Below, piece by piece: positions 9,066 through 17,579 of a stretch of DNA of 35,208 nt. A program made the position numbers and the translations under genes. Origin of the DNA: a virus; the IMG/VR virus record IMGVR_UViG_3300044712_001045, positions 1 to 35,208 of that record. The stretch is one strand, 5' to 3'. Each line of letters starts with the position of its first letter. Positions within the stretch are counted from its first letter, which is position 1. Below the pieces are notes generated by a model. It saw only the letters and a list, made by a program, of their open reading frames with translations, was not told the origin of the DNA and searched no databases.

Positions 9066-9734
9066 CTAGAACCCGTTCGGCGCCGGGATCTCGGCGAAGA
9101 TGAACGTGGTCCAGTACGTGGTCGAGGTCGCGATGGTCGATCCGAAGTGGATCGACGTGCCCGGGGGCAGGATCAGCTTGCCGTCGAAGTCGAAGTCGAA
9201 CCGGCTGTAGAGCTGCCCCGAGGCCGCGGTCCCTTCCAGGTGGTGGCCGAAGCCGAGGTCCATCAGCCTGGCCGGGTTGGTCGTGTAGGTGCTGACCGCC
9301 GGCGCAAACTTCGTGGTGGCGGCGGTGCCCTTGCCGAGCAGGAGGTTCGTCGGGGCCACGTTGGTCCAGGTGGCGATGGGTAGGCCCGTCGCGACGTTGG
9401 AGCCGGTGGAGGTCAGGTAGCCGAGGGTGAAGCCGTTGAGGATCGGCGTCCCGATGGCCCCGAGGGAGACCTGGATGGCGAGGGGGACGACGATCTTCCC
9501 GCTGTTCGCCGGGTTCCACAGCGACGGCGCGTTGGTGAGGGTCGTCGCGATGGGCACCGCGGCCGCAGCCGCCACGGGGGCGACGAAAACATACCCGCGG
9601 CGGGTGAGCTCGGTGTACTTCCCCCAGAACTGGGAGACTACCGCCTCGCCGTAGTTACCGCCGCGGACCGCACCGAAGCTGCCGTCGTTGCGAACCTGGT
9701 CGCCGGTCTGGCTCGTGTAGTTGATCACGTCCAT
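9066..9734 (-). CDS. Virion-associated hypothetical protein, paralog A, 222 aa
   Basis: Close paralog of 9744..10424; long identical blocks include VAPVAAAAAVPIATTLTNAPSLWNP and TTKFAPAVSTYTTNPARLMDLGFGHHLEGTAASGQLYS. AGGAGA RBS. Confidence 0.7.
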   Translation of the reverse strand: MDVINYTSQTGDQVRNDGSFGAVRGGNYGEAVVSQFWGKYTELTRRGYVFVAPVAAAAAVPIATTLTNAPSLWNPANSGKIVVPLAIQVSLGAIGTPILNGFTLGYLTSTGSNVATGLPIATWTNVAPTNLLLGKGTAATTKFAPAVSTYTTNPARLMDLGFGHHLEGTAASGQLYSRFDFDFDGKLILPPGTSIHFGSTIATSTTYWTTFIFAEIPAPNGF

Positions 9735-9743
9735 GATCTCTCC

Positions 9744-10424
9744 TTAGAACCCGTAGGCCGGCGCGGGGATCTCGGCGAAGATGAAGGTCGACCAGTAGGT
9801 GGTGCTGGTCGCGATGGTCGAGCCGAGGTGGATGCTCGTGCCGGGCGGCAGCATCAGCATCGAGTCGAAGTCGATGCTGAACTGCGAGTAGAGCTGGCCG
9901 CTGGCGGCCGTGCCCTCGAGGTGATGCCCGAAGCCCAGGTCCATGAGGCGGGCCGGGTTGGTGGTGTACGTGCTCACCGCGGGGGCGAACTTGGTCGTTG
10001 CCGTCCCGCCCTTGCCCAGCAGCAGGTTGGTGGGCGCCACGTTCGTCCAGGTGACGATGGGCGCCGCGGTCGCGATGGCCGACCCTGCGTTGGTGAGGTA
10101 GGACAGCGTGAACCCGTTGAGGATCGGGGTGCCGATGGCGCCGAGGGAGATGAGGATCTTCAGCGGCACAACCAGCTTGCCCGAGTCGGCGGGGTTCCAG
10201 AGGCTCGGGGCGTTGGTCAGGGTGGTGGCGATGGGGACCGCGGCGGCTGCGGCGACCGGGGCCACGTAGACGTAGCCGCGGCGCACCAGCTCGCCGTACT
10301 TGCCCCAGAACTGGGACGTGACAAGCTCGCCGTAGCTGCCACCGCGCAGGAGCTCCTGCGAACCGTCGCTCAGGTTGCGGGGCCCGATCTGCTGGGCTCG
10401 AAGGTCTATGCGGTACGAATCCAT
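9744..10424 (-). CDS. Virion-associated hypothetical protein, paralog B, 226 aa
   Basis: Internal ATG at 10424 preceded by AGGAGAAAAC. The N-terminal part of the longer track ORF overlaps 10433..11026 in another frame. Confidence 0.7.
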   Translation of the reverse strand: MDSYRIDLRAQQIGPRNLSDGSQELLRGGSYGELVTSQFWGKYGELVRRGYVYVAPVAAAAAVPIATTLTNAPSLWNPADSGKLVVPLKILISLGAIGTPILNGFTLSYLTNAGSAIATAAPIVTWTNVAPTNLLLGKGGTATTKFAPAVSTYTTNPARLMDLGFGHHLEGTAASGQLYSQFSIDFDSMLMLPPGTSIHLGSTIATSTTYWSTFIFAEIPAPAYGF

Positions 10425-10432
10425 GTTTTCTC

Positions 10433-11026
10433 CTACACCCGGCCCTTTTCGACTTCGGTCCACTCGAGGGTGACCCGAAGCTTCACGACGCCCGAGGCGC
10501 CCATGAGGATGAGGTTGTTGAGCACCAGGCCCTCCTCGGCGCGGAGGATGAGCGGGTGGGTCGAGTCGGTGATCCCGAACACCCAAGAGTTCTGGGTGAT
10601 GGTCGCGAGCGCCGCCGCACCGTAGCCGGCCGCAGCCCGCAGGGGCTGGGCGTCCAGCGTCCTGGTGCCGGCGGTGATGACGTCGGCGTCTCCGATGCGG
10701 ATGTCGGACATCAGCATGGTCGGGTGCAGGGTGTCGTGCTTGCCGTTGTTGGTGGTCAGGACGGCCGCGAGGCCGCCGGTGTCCGCCGCGGTGAACGACC
10801 GGGCGAAGTACAGGCCGTAGGCCAGGTCCTGCGCGGTGCCGAAGGCCGTGGTCGTGATCGCGCTGTAGCTGAAGCCGAACACCACCGCGACGTGGGTGGT
10901 GGAAGTCCAGCGGCACGACCATACGGGTCCGTTGGCTGCGACAGTCGTCAGAGACCCCGAGGGGATCTCCAGGCTGTAGTAGCCGCCCGCGGGGGCGATC
11001 TTCGAATACGGGGTTCTCAACGCCAT
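10433..11026 (-). CDS. Hypothetical virion protein, 197 aa, possibly a distant relative of paralogs A/B
   Basis: First gene after conserved element copy 3, with a GGGAGGGAG RBS. Its C-terminal pattern LILRAEEGLVLNN...LRVTLEWTEV loosely mirrors LILPPGTSIHFGS...TFIFAEI. Confidence 0.55.
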   Translation of the reverse strand: MALRTPYSKIAPAGGYYSLEIPSGSLTTVAANGPVWSCRWTSTTHVAVVFGFSYSAITTTAFGTAQDLAYGLYFARSFTAADTGGLAAVLTTNNGKHDTLHPTMLMSDIRIGDADVITAGTRTLDAQPLRAAAGYGAAALATITQNSWVFGITDSTHPLILRAEEGLVLNNLILMGASGVVKLRVTLEWTEVEKGRV

Positions 11027-11068
11027 TCCGTAACTCCCTCCCCTACTTCGGGGCGAACGTAGTTACAG

Positions 11069-11081
11069 ATATAGGCGGCAG
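11069..11081 (-). promoter_or_regulatory. Conserved element CTGCCGCCTATAT (copy 3), candidate late promoter
   Basis: Exact 12-mer in the 71-nt gap between 11098 (stop) and 11026 (start). Confidence 0.5.
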
Positions 11082-11097
11082 ATCGAGAGGACTTTTT

Positions 11098-11568
11098 CTA
11101 GAGGCTCAGGATTTCCAGCAGCTCGAGCTCCGCGGCCTCGACGGACTTCGTGGCGGCCTCGATGACAGCCTCTTCCTGGGCGGCGGTGAGCTCGGGCGCA
11201 CGGGGCGTCTTGGCCGTCACCTTGTCGATGGCCACGGCAACCTCGCGGGCCATCGTGGCAGGGGCTTCCCGGCGGGCCGTGGAGACCCGGCGCAGGAACT
11301 CGCGGTAGGCAGTGTCGGGGATGCGTATGGGGGCAGGCGGCGGCGTGGGAGCGGGGACAGGCTTTGCCTTCTTGCGCCGCTTCTTCTTCGGGCGGGCCAC
11401 ATCGCGCCAGGGGCCCCAGTCCCTCGTGTAGCCGCCGCTGATGGCGGGCACAAAGACAGGGATGGGAGCCCCCGAGGCGATGTCGAACCCGAAGCTGACG
11501 AACCGGACCCGCTCAGTGGAGTCGAGCCCGGCAGTCAGGGTGGTGGTGGAAAACTCGTCGAGCTTCAC
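11098..11568 (-). CDS. Hypothetical protein, 156 aa, with basic tract KKKRRKKAK
   Basis: GTG start overlaps the upstream TGA (GTGA). Coding-like composition. Confidence 0.55.
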   Translation of the reverse strand: MKLDEFSTTTLTAGLDSTERVRFVSFGFDIASGAPIPVFVPAISGGYTRDWGPWRDVARPKKKRRKKAKPVPAPTPPPAPIRIPDTAYREFLRRVSTARREAPATMAREVAVAIDKVTAKTPRAPELTAAQEEAVIEAATKSVEAAELELLEILSL

Positions 11569-13196
11569 GAGCCGGCCCCGAGCTCCTGGGTGGTGCCGTC
11601 GTCGCTCACCGTCCTGGTCGCAAGCACCGTGGCGCCGTCGGCCTTGTAGGTGAGCTGCTGCGCGGCGGTCTGGCTGTTGCGGTGGTAGAAGCGGCTGAAG
11701 ACCCAGTAGAGGAGGCTCTTCACCGACTTCGTGGCCGACAGGTTGGCAGGCTCGCTGATGGCAGCCTCGAGGGCCGCAGCCGTTGCCGTGGTCACGTCGC
11801 CACTGCTCAGGTCGTTGAGCCCGGTGATGTCCCCCTGGGACGCAGGGGTCGCCGGGAGGTTGTCGGTCTTCAGCTTGATGGCGTCCACCACCGTGTCCAC
11901 CGTCGCAACCGGGGCGTTGAGGTTGTCGCCCAGGATCTTACCCGCGGTCCCGGCGCCGTAGGCTCCCGGGAGGGCCGTGGACCACGGGTCGCCCGCCGTC
12001 CCCGCCGCGGCGAGAGCCGCGCCGGTGCTGCCGGCCCCGGCGTGCCCGGCGAGGGCCTCATCCCACACCGCGTCGGCAATCTCTGCCGATGCATCAGCCG
12101 CCAGGGCGTCGGCGTCGATGGCCCCAGTGGCGATGGCTGCGGCAGTGACTGCCCCGGCACCAAGAGCGGTCACGACTGGGATGGTGCAGTCGTTGGTGGC
12201 GAAGGCGAGGTCGTCGCCACCTGTGCCGCCCCTGGAGAGCATCAGGCCGCTGCTGTTCGCCCCCACGCCCTCGAAGTGGGCCCCGTGGCCGTTGGCCCCG
12301 CCACCCGCCGTGGCGTGGACGCCCTCGCCCGTTCCCGCACCGACGGCGTAGAGCCCGTGGCCGTTGCCCGCCCCGAGGCCCTCGATGCCCTCACCGGCGG
12401 TGGTCGCCACGCCCTTGATGCCCCCCGACTCGGTGGCTCCCTTGCCGACAGCCTGCAGGCCGTAGCAGTCCGCGGAGTTGGCCTCGGCGTAGATCCCGTA
12501 GCCGTTCGCCGTGGCACCGCCGACAGCCGAGATGCCGGCCCCCGAGGCGCCGCCGGTGGCCGCGATGCCCTTGCCGGTCCCGTTGCCGGTCACCACCAGG
12601 CCGCTGCCGTTGCCGCCCGTCGAGGACAGGGTGAGGGCCGACCCGCCCGAGCTGGTGATGGTCGTCGCCGCGTTGGTCCCGGCGATGAACACGCCCCCCG
12701 CCGCCCCGGCCGCAGCCGAGGGCAGGTAGTCGGTCTTGGTCTTGATGGCGTCCAGGTCGAGGCCCCCGGAGTCCGAGATCGGCAGTCCCCCGGCAGCATC
12801 GGCCGCGGCGTTGGGCAAAGCCGTGAGCCCCAGGCGCACGCCGTCGAAGGGGTCGTAGGTGACGAGCTGGATGTAGCAGCCGATGACCACCATGCCGGTG
12901 ACGGTGCCGTGCACGAGGACGCCGGTGGAGCTGGTGGCGCAGGCGGCGTCGGGGAGGTCGAGGCGGTAGTAGCCGTTGCCGATGTGCTTGAAGCCGCCGT
13001 CAGCGTGGGCTGAGTCGAGCCCGGCTAGGTCGGCCTCGGTGATGGCCGTGGAGGTCGCCCCCTCGCGGCGGTACTCAAGGGCGATGCCGCTGGTGTTGTA
13101 GACCACGCCGGTCTCGGGGGTGCCGTCTGTGCTGTCGATGATGCGGATGACCACGGAGACGTCCGTGGTGCCCGCCTTGCGTACCTGGCTGAACAT
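11565..13196 (-). CDS. Glycine-rich fibre protein, 543 aa
   Basis: Central G-x-G/Ala-rich repeats (GNGTGKGIAATGGASGAGISAVGG...). The motif IADAVWDEALAGHAGAGSTGAAL resembles segments I recall from phage fibre proteins. AGGGGG RBS. Confidence 0.65.
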   Translation of the reverse strand: MFSQVRKAGTTDVSVVIRIIDSTDGTPETGVVYNTSGIALEYRREGATSTAITEADLAGLDSAHADGGFKHIGNGYYRLDLPDAACATSSTGVLVHGTVTGMVVIGCYIQLVTYDPFDGVRLGLTALPNAAADAAGGLPISDSGGLDLDAIKTKTDYLPSAAAGAAGGVFIAGTNAATTITSSGGSALTLSSTGGNGSGLVVTGNGTGKGIAATGGASGAGISAVGGATANGYGIYAEANSADCYGLQAVGKGATESGGIKGVATTAGEGIEGLGAGNGHGLYAVGAGTGEGVHATAGGGANGHGAHFEGVGANSSGLMLSRGGTGGDDLAFATNDCTIPVVTALGAGAVTAAAIATGAIDADALAADASAEIADAVWDEALAGHAGAGSTGAALAAAGTAGDPWSTALPGAYGAGTAGKILGDNLNAPVATVDTVVDAIKLKTDNLPATPASQGDITGLNDLSSGDVTTATAAALEAAISEPANLSATKSVKSLLYWVFSRFYHRNSQTAAQQLTYKADGATVLATRTVSDDGTTQELGAGS

Positions 13197-13492
13197 GGCT
13201 ACCCCCTACTCACTGTGAGCCATCATCTGGCGAAGGATCGTCGTACCGCCCGCGGCCACGTACTGGTCGGCCCCGATGTCCCAGGTGCCGGTACGGGCGC
13301 GGTCAGGTGGAAGTCACCGGCGGCGGCGTTCGTGAACGCGAAGGTTTGCGAGGTGCGGTCGTTCGCGCCGCCAGTCGTCGTGCCCTTGTCGCTGCTGTTG
13401 TAGTTGCTCGAGGTCCAGGTGCCGGCGACGGTGTTGGCCGCGTTTGCGAAGATGCAGTCCACGGCGTAGATCGTGCCGCCGACGTAGTAGGC
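13149..13492. repeat. Tandem duplication unit 1 (344 bp), a degenerate copy of 13493..13912
   Basis: 13168-13298 is identical to 13512-13642 (131 nt). 13302-13492 aligns to 13722-13912 with 23 substitutions by hand alignment. It is a net 76 nt shorter than unit 2. Confidence 0.9.
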
Positions 13493-13540
13493 TACGACGC
13501 TGACGTCGGTCGTGCCCGCCTTGCGTACCTGGCTGAACAT
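13223..13540 (-). pseudogene. Chimeric remnant ORF, 105 aa: first 16 codons of the fibre gene fused to a frameshifted copy of the beta-helix gene 3' end
   Basis: MFSQVRKAGTTDVSVV is identical to the start of 11565..13196. YYVGGTIYAVD...AAGDFHLTA then parallels the C-terminus of 13550..14527. After the 76-nt deletion the frame is lost; the parental ending RTGTWDIGADQYVAAGGTTILRQMMAHSE appears only in another frame. Confidence 0.7.
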
Positions 13541-13912
13541 GGCTACCCCCTACTCACTGTGAGCCATCATCTGGCGAAGGATCGTCGTACCGCCCGCGGC
13601 CACGTACTGGTCGGCCCCGATGTCCCAGGTGCCGGTACGGGCCACCCGGTCGATGTCGTCGTCGAACTCACCAGACCCCGGGTCCGCCACCCCGTAGCCC
13701 TTGGCCCCGCCGTCCAGCGCCGTCAGGTGGAAGTCACCGGCGGCGGCGTTCGTGAACGCGAAGGTTTGCGAGGTGCGATCGTGTGCGCCTCCGGTGGTCG
13801 TGCCCTTGTCGCTGCTGTTGTAGTCGGGAGAAGTCCACGTCCCGGCGACGGTGTTGGCGGCGTTGACGAAGATGTTGTCCACGGCATAGATGGTGCCGCC
13901 AACGTAATACGC
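13493..13912. repeat. Tandem duplication unit 2 (420 bp): 3' end of the beta-helix gene, the intergenic RBS and 16 fibre-type codons
   Basis: See unit 1. The junction reads ...DVSVV|AYYVGG on the minus strand. Confidence 0.9.
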
Positions 13913-14527
13913 TGAGTTGTAGCCTCCAGAGAAGGTGCAACTCCAGATGTACATGCCGCCGCCGCCATTGAAGTACAGGCATGAATTGGCGGCGTGAGCA
14001 ACGGTCGTGCTGACGTTCCAGACGACGCAGTTGTACATGTAGACGGGGCGGGTGGTGCTCCCGGTCTCGTGGAAGACCGCACGGTCGCGGTAGGTCGATC
14101 CGCCCGTAGCCTTGAGGATGCAGTGGCGCATCGTGACCCTGGTGTTCGACGCCAGGTCCTGGAAGTATGCCACCACCCTGTAGTTGGCCGAGGGGTTGGT
14201 AACCTCTACCTGCAGGCCATCGACGACGAGGAACTCCTGGCTCATCGTGAGCGCATTCGCGTCGCTGACCTGCAGGAGGTATTTGCCGGTGTCCCACTTG
14301 CCTCCGTGAAACGTCGTGGAAGTGGTGCGGATCTCGATCCAGTGGGTCGAGTTGGTGGTGGACCCGTCAACGGTGACGGCGGTCGTGTCGGTGAAGTTGC
14401 CCGTGATCTCCCACGTTCCGTACTTGTCGCCGGTGACGTAGTCCTGCTGCTCGCCTGCCTCGCAGGCCGACAGCGAGGTATAGTCCGCTCCGCTGCTGGC
14501 GATGGTGGCCTTGTCCTCGGTTGCCAC
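13550..14527 (-). CDS. Right-handed parallel beta-helix protein, 325 aa (tailspike/depolymerase-like)
   Basis: Repetitive beta-rich sequence. The C-terminal DFHLT...G.G.......DIDRVARTGTWDIGADQY is typical of pectate-lyase-fold beta-helix proteins. GTG start shares one base with the upstream TAG. Confidence 0.6.
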   Translation of the reverse strand: MATEDKATIASSGADYTSLSACEAGEQQDYVTGDKYGTWEITGNFTDTTAVTVDGSTTNSTHWIEIRTTSTTFHGGKWDTGKYLLQVSDANALTMSQEFLVVDGLQVEVTNPSANYRVVAYFQDLASNTRVTMRHCILKATGGSTYRDRAVFHETGSTTRPVYMYNCVVWNVSTTVAHAANSCLYFNGGGGMYIWSCTFSGGYNSAYYVGGTIYAVDNIFVNAANTVAGTWTSPDYNSSDKGTTTGGAHDRTSQTFAFTNAAAGDFHLTALDGGAKGYGVADPGSGEFDDDIDRVARTGTWDIGADQYVAAGGTTILRQMMAHSE

Positions 14528-14937
14528 TACAGGGCCTCCGTCTCAGCGAGCCCGGTCTTCTGGTTGATCAGGTACGCCCGCACCTGGGCCCAGGTGTAGT
14601 CCCCCGTTGCCCCGATGGTGAGGACGCCGGTGTTGACGAGCTTGTTGCGGGCGGCGGCCGGCATCGAGGCGATGGCAAACTTCCACACCCGGCGCCGGGA
14701 GCGCACCACCTTCCCGTCGTCATCGCGGGTAGAGTCCTCGATGATGTACTTGAGCACCTTGGAGACCGACACCCCCGGGAGCTTGATGATGTAGAACCGG
14801 GGCAGCCCCTCGCGCGCGCCCCACGGGTGCCCGTCGGGCTGCACCACCACGGGCATCCCGCGCTTGTAGCAGCCCCGCTGGTCCACCGTGGTGTCGGCAT
14901 GGGTGGCGTCGGCGGCCTTGACGAGGATCTCAGCCAA
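14527..14937 (-). CDS. Hypothetical protein, 136 aa
   Basis: High third-position GC. TTG start overlaps the portal stop by 8 nt, so the start is uncertain. Confidence 0.5.
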   Translation of the reverse strand: MAEILVKAADATHADTTVDQRGCYKRGMPVVVQPDGHPWGAREGLPRFYIIKLPGVSVSKVLKYIIEDSTRDDDGKVVRSRRRVWKFAIASMPAAARNKLVNTGVLTIGATGDYTWAQVRAYLINQKTGLAETEAL

Positions 14938-16984
14938 GGGGCACCTCGGGTTCCTGCGTCTGCACCGTCTCCACGATCTGACCCGTCTCGTCCCTCACGA
15001 GCTGCGTCACCGTCTGCCGCGGCGGAGCGGCCTCCTCGGTGGTGATGGTCTTGACGATCTGCCCCGCCTCGTCGCGCACGAGCTGCGTGGTCTTCTTCTT
15101 GGCCGGGGCTGCAGGCTCAGGCGGCAGCGGAGGCTGCGGGTGCGTGATGACGTGCACCTCGATGGGGATGGGAGGCGTCGGCACCGGCGGCGGGGGCGGC
15201 TCCACGGGTGGCGGGGCCGCGGGCGGGGCGGGCGGGGGCGCCATAGCCTCGGGCGGCGGGGGCATGGGCCCCGGCACCGGCTCAGGCGGCATCGGGGGCG
15301 CCATCGTCTGGTTCACCGTGTCCAGCTTGCCTTTGACGATGACGATTAAGTTGACCAGGCGGTCGAGCACCTCGGGGTCTTCTTCGTTGGCGTCCAGGCG
15401 CAGGAGGGTGTTGACCGCCTCCCCGAAGAGCTGCTGGATGTTCACCACCTCGTAGAAGTCGAACTCACCCTTCTCCACCGCCCGCTCGATGATCTTCTGG
15501 CAGTAGTCGTAGGACGAGGAGGTGATGGAGTAGGCGCCCTCGAGGTCGGGGAACTCCAGGATACTGGAGGCCATCGCGGGGTTGATGATCTGCATGTTGA
15601 TGAGCTTCTCCACCTGCTCCATCTTGACCTTGGGGTCTTTGGACAGGGAGCTGCTTGCGGAGAACTGGATTGAGAAGCTCTCGTGCTCGCGCTTGATGTC
15701 GGCCCACTTGATCTGCGCCCGGGACCGCCGGCGGGGAAGCACGTCCTCGCCCTTGGGGAACACCTCGATGGCGATCTTGGCGACCTCCATCAGCAGGCGG
15801 ATGAATGACTGGAGGATGGGGTTGTGGCGCTCGCTCTCCACGTCCTCCACCGTCTGCAGGGCAACGCCCGAGTTGATGCCCGAGGGCTTCTTCGCCTGGG
15901 CGGAAAGCTGGGAGATCCCCAGCATCTCGTAGCCGGTGCGTATCCAGAACTCCAGGAACTTGATGTACGACGGGTCTATGGGCTGCGGGGTTGAGACGAA
16001 CACCCCCGCCTCGGCCCCCGGGACCGGGCGGTACTTGTACACCGCCCCGATCTCGCTGGAGAGAGCAGACGCCTTCACCTCCGACCCCTCGGGCACCCAG
16101 ATGGTGTTGGCAGGCGACAGCTCCAGGGCCAGGTGGATGCGCTCGCAGAGGCTGTCTATCTGGGCCTGCACCGTGTACAGGTCGTCAGCCATCGCCACGC
16201 TGAAGGCACCCTTGAGGGGCTCCTCCCGGTACAGGGTGGCGACTGGGGGGATGGTGTATTCGATGTCGTCCTCGCCGATGAGGCGGGTGTCGGCGAAGGT
16301 GTACTTCTTCCCCTCCAGCAGGTCGAAGTAGATGGCCCGCTCCACCTTGGCTGCAGGGTCTAGGTCGAGGCGTTGCACTAGGGCGTCCTCGCTGTTGTCG
16401 TGCGCCCCGTTCCACTCCTCCAGCCGAGCCTTGAGGGCGATCAACGGGAACTGCTTCTGGATGATGAAACACCGGCTGATGTGCCCGTAGTGGAACTCGG
16501 CAGCGTCGAAGTAGTACTCCCACGGGGCCAGGCGCTTGATGCGGCGGTCCTCGTCGTCCACCCAGAGGTGGCCCACCTCGAACACATCGGCGTAGCGCAC
16601 CGTCTGGATGGCCTTGCGGTAGACGTCCTGGTCCTCGAAGAACTCGTCGAAGTAGATCTGCGCGTTGCGGCAGACCTTGCGGGTCTTGAAGGTACCGACG
16701 ATGGGGTTGAAGAAGGGTCGGACCTTGACCTCGGAGAGCTTGCTGACGTGCGTGTCGATGGCGCTCCTGATGACGTTGATGTTGGGGACGGTGCCCGTGT
16801 CCTCCCCGGCGTTTGTGTCGTGGTAGGACAGGGCGTTGCCGTACTGCTCGCGGATGTCCTCGGAGCGGCGCCCGTTGTTGGCGTAGCGGTTGAAGTTGCG
16901 CCGCCACTTGGGGAACCGCTTCTGCAGGGCGCTGGTGAGGGTCTGCATGTCACGGCGCACGAACTGCTCGCGTTTGGCGTCCAT
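14930..16984 (-). CDS. Portal protein, 684 aa, with a proline-rich C-terminal extension
   Basis: Size and position shortly downstream of the large terminase. The C-terminal ~150 aa is Pro-rich (PPPPEAMAPPPAPPAAPPPVEPPPPPVPTPP) and is followed by a duplicated TQLVRDExGQIVxT motif. Confidence 0.65.
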   Translation of the reverse strand: MDAKREQFVRRDMQTLTSALQKRFPKWRRNFNRYANNGRRSEDIREQYGNALSYHDTNAGEDTGTVPNINVIRSAIDTHVSKLSEVKVRPFFNPIVGTFKTRKVCRNAQIYFDEFFEDQDVYRKAIQTVRYADVFEVGHLWVDDEDRRIKRLAPWEYYFDAAEFHYGHISRCFIIQKQFPLIALKARLEEWNGAHDNSEDALVQRLDLDPAAKVERAIYFDLLEGKKYTFADTRLIGEDDIEYTIPPVATLYREEPLKGAFSVAMADDLYTVQAQIDSLCERIHLALELSPANTIWVPEGSEVKASALSSEIGAVYKYRPVPGAEAGVFVSTPQPIDPSYIKFLEFWIRTGYEMLGISQLSAQAKKPSGINSGVALQTVEDVESERHNPILQSFIRLLMEVAKIAIEVFPKGEDVLPRRRSRAQIKWADIKREHESFSIQFSASSSLSKDPKVKMEQVEKLINMQIINPAMASSILEFPDLEGAYSITSSSYDYCQKIIERAVEKGEFDFYEVVNIQQLFGEAVNTLLRLDANEEDPEVLDRLVNLIVIVKGKLDTVNQTMAPPMPPEPVPGPMPPPPEAMAPPPAPPAAPPPVEPPPPPVPTPPIPIEVHVITHPQPPLPPEPAAPAKKKTTQLVRDEAGQIVKTITTEEAAPPRQTVTQLVRDETGQIVETVQTQEPEVPLG

Positions 16985-17244
16985 CAGTACAGCACCTCTC
17001 CATCGGCGCCGCGGTTGCGGGCCTGTCTGTCCTTGAACCTGTCAAAGGGGTCTTCCCGCCGGATGTCGAAGGCCGTCCCGTCCTTGAACGTGACGTGCAC
17101 CACCACGTCGTGCTGGGCCGTGTTGATGAGGTCGCGGATGATGGTGTAGTTGACCTCGGTCCCCACCAGGGCCTCGTACTGGCGCTTCTTGCGCTCCTGC
17201 TCGCGGATCACCCTGTAGGCAGCCAAAAGCTGGCTCACGATCAC
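16984..17244 (-). CDS. Hypothetical protein, 86 aa
   Basis: GTG 17244 with GAGGGG upstream. Its stop overlaps the portal ATG (TGATG). Confidence 0.5.
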   Translation of the reverse strand: MIVSQLLAAYRVIREQERKKRQYEALVGTEVNYTIIRDLINTAQHDVVVHVTFKDGTAFDIRREDPFDRFKDRQARNRGADGEVLY

Positions 17245-17260
17245 GGTTGAACCCCTCTAT

Positions 17261-17273
17261 GTATAGGCGGCAG
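17261..17273 (-). promoter_or_regulatory. Conserved element CTGCCGCCTATAC (copy 2), candidate late promoter
   Basis: Exact 12-mer starting immediately after the TGA at 17274-17276, 17 nt upstream of GTG 17244. Confidence 0.45.
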
Positions 17274-17579
17274 TCACCTGCCCACGACGTGCAGCCCCGA
17301 GGGCGGCAGGGTGAGGCCGGTGAGCTCGCTCTTGATGGACGCCAGCAGCTCGGCGTCGTCGCAGTCGTGGTACATCAGGATGCCGTGCCACGGGACGTGC
17401 AGGGTCGCCATCTTCCAGGGCGTCTTGTCGGCCCGGACGATCTGGAAGTCCACCTTCCCGCCCTTGCCCTGCACCGGCTGAAGGAAGACGCTCTCCCTCG
17501 CCTCGAATGAAACAGTGGTCTCGGAGACCCGCTCGGTCGCCGAGTACAGCATCAGCCCGCCTGCCAGTTGGTACAGCAC
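17274..17579 (-). CDS. Hypothetical protein, 101 aa
   Basis: GTG start shares one base with the terminase TAG. Confidence 0.5.
   Translation of the reverse strand: MLYQLAGGLMLYSATERVSETTVSFEARESVFLQPVQGKGGKVDFQIVRADKTPWKMATLHVPWHGILMYHDCDDAELLASIKSELTGLTLPPSGLHVVGR

Noticed and set aside
13149-13912. Possibility that the duplicated 3' end of the beta-helix gene is a diversity-generating retroelement VR/TR pair
   Set aside because: The 23 mismatches between the copies involve all base types rather than adenine-specific changes. One copy carries a frameshifting deletion, and no reverse transcriptase gene is present in the genome.
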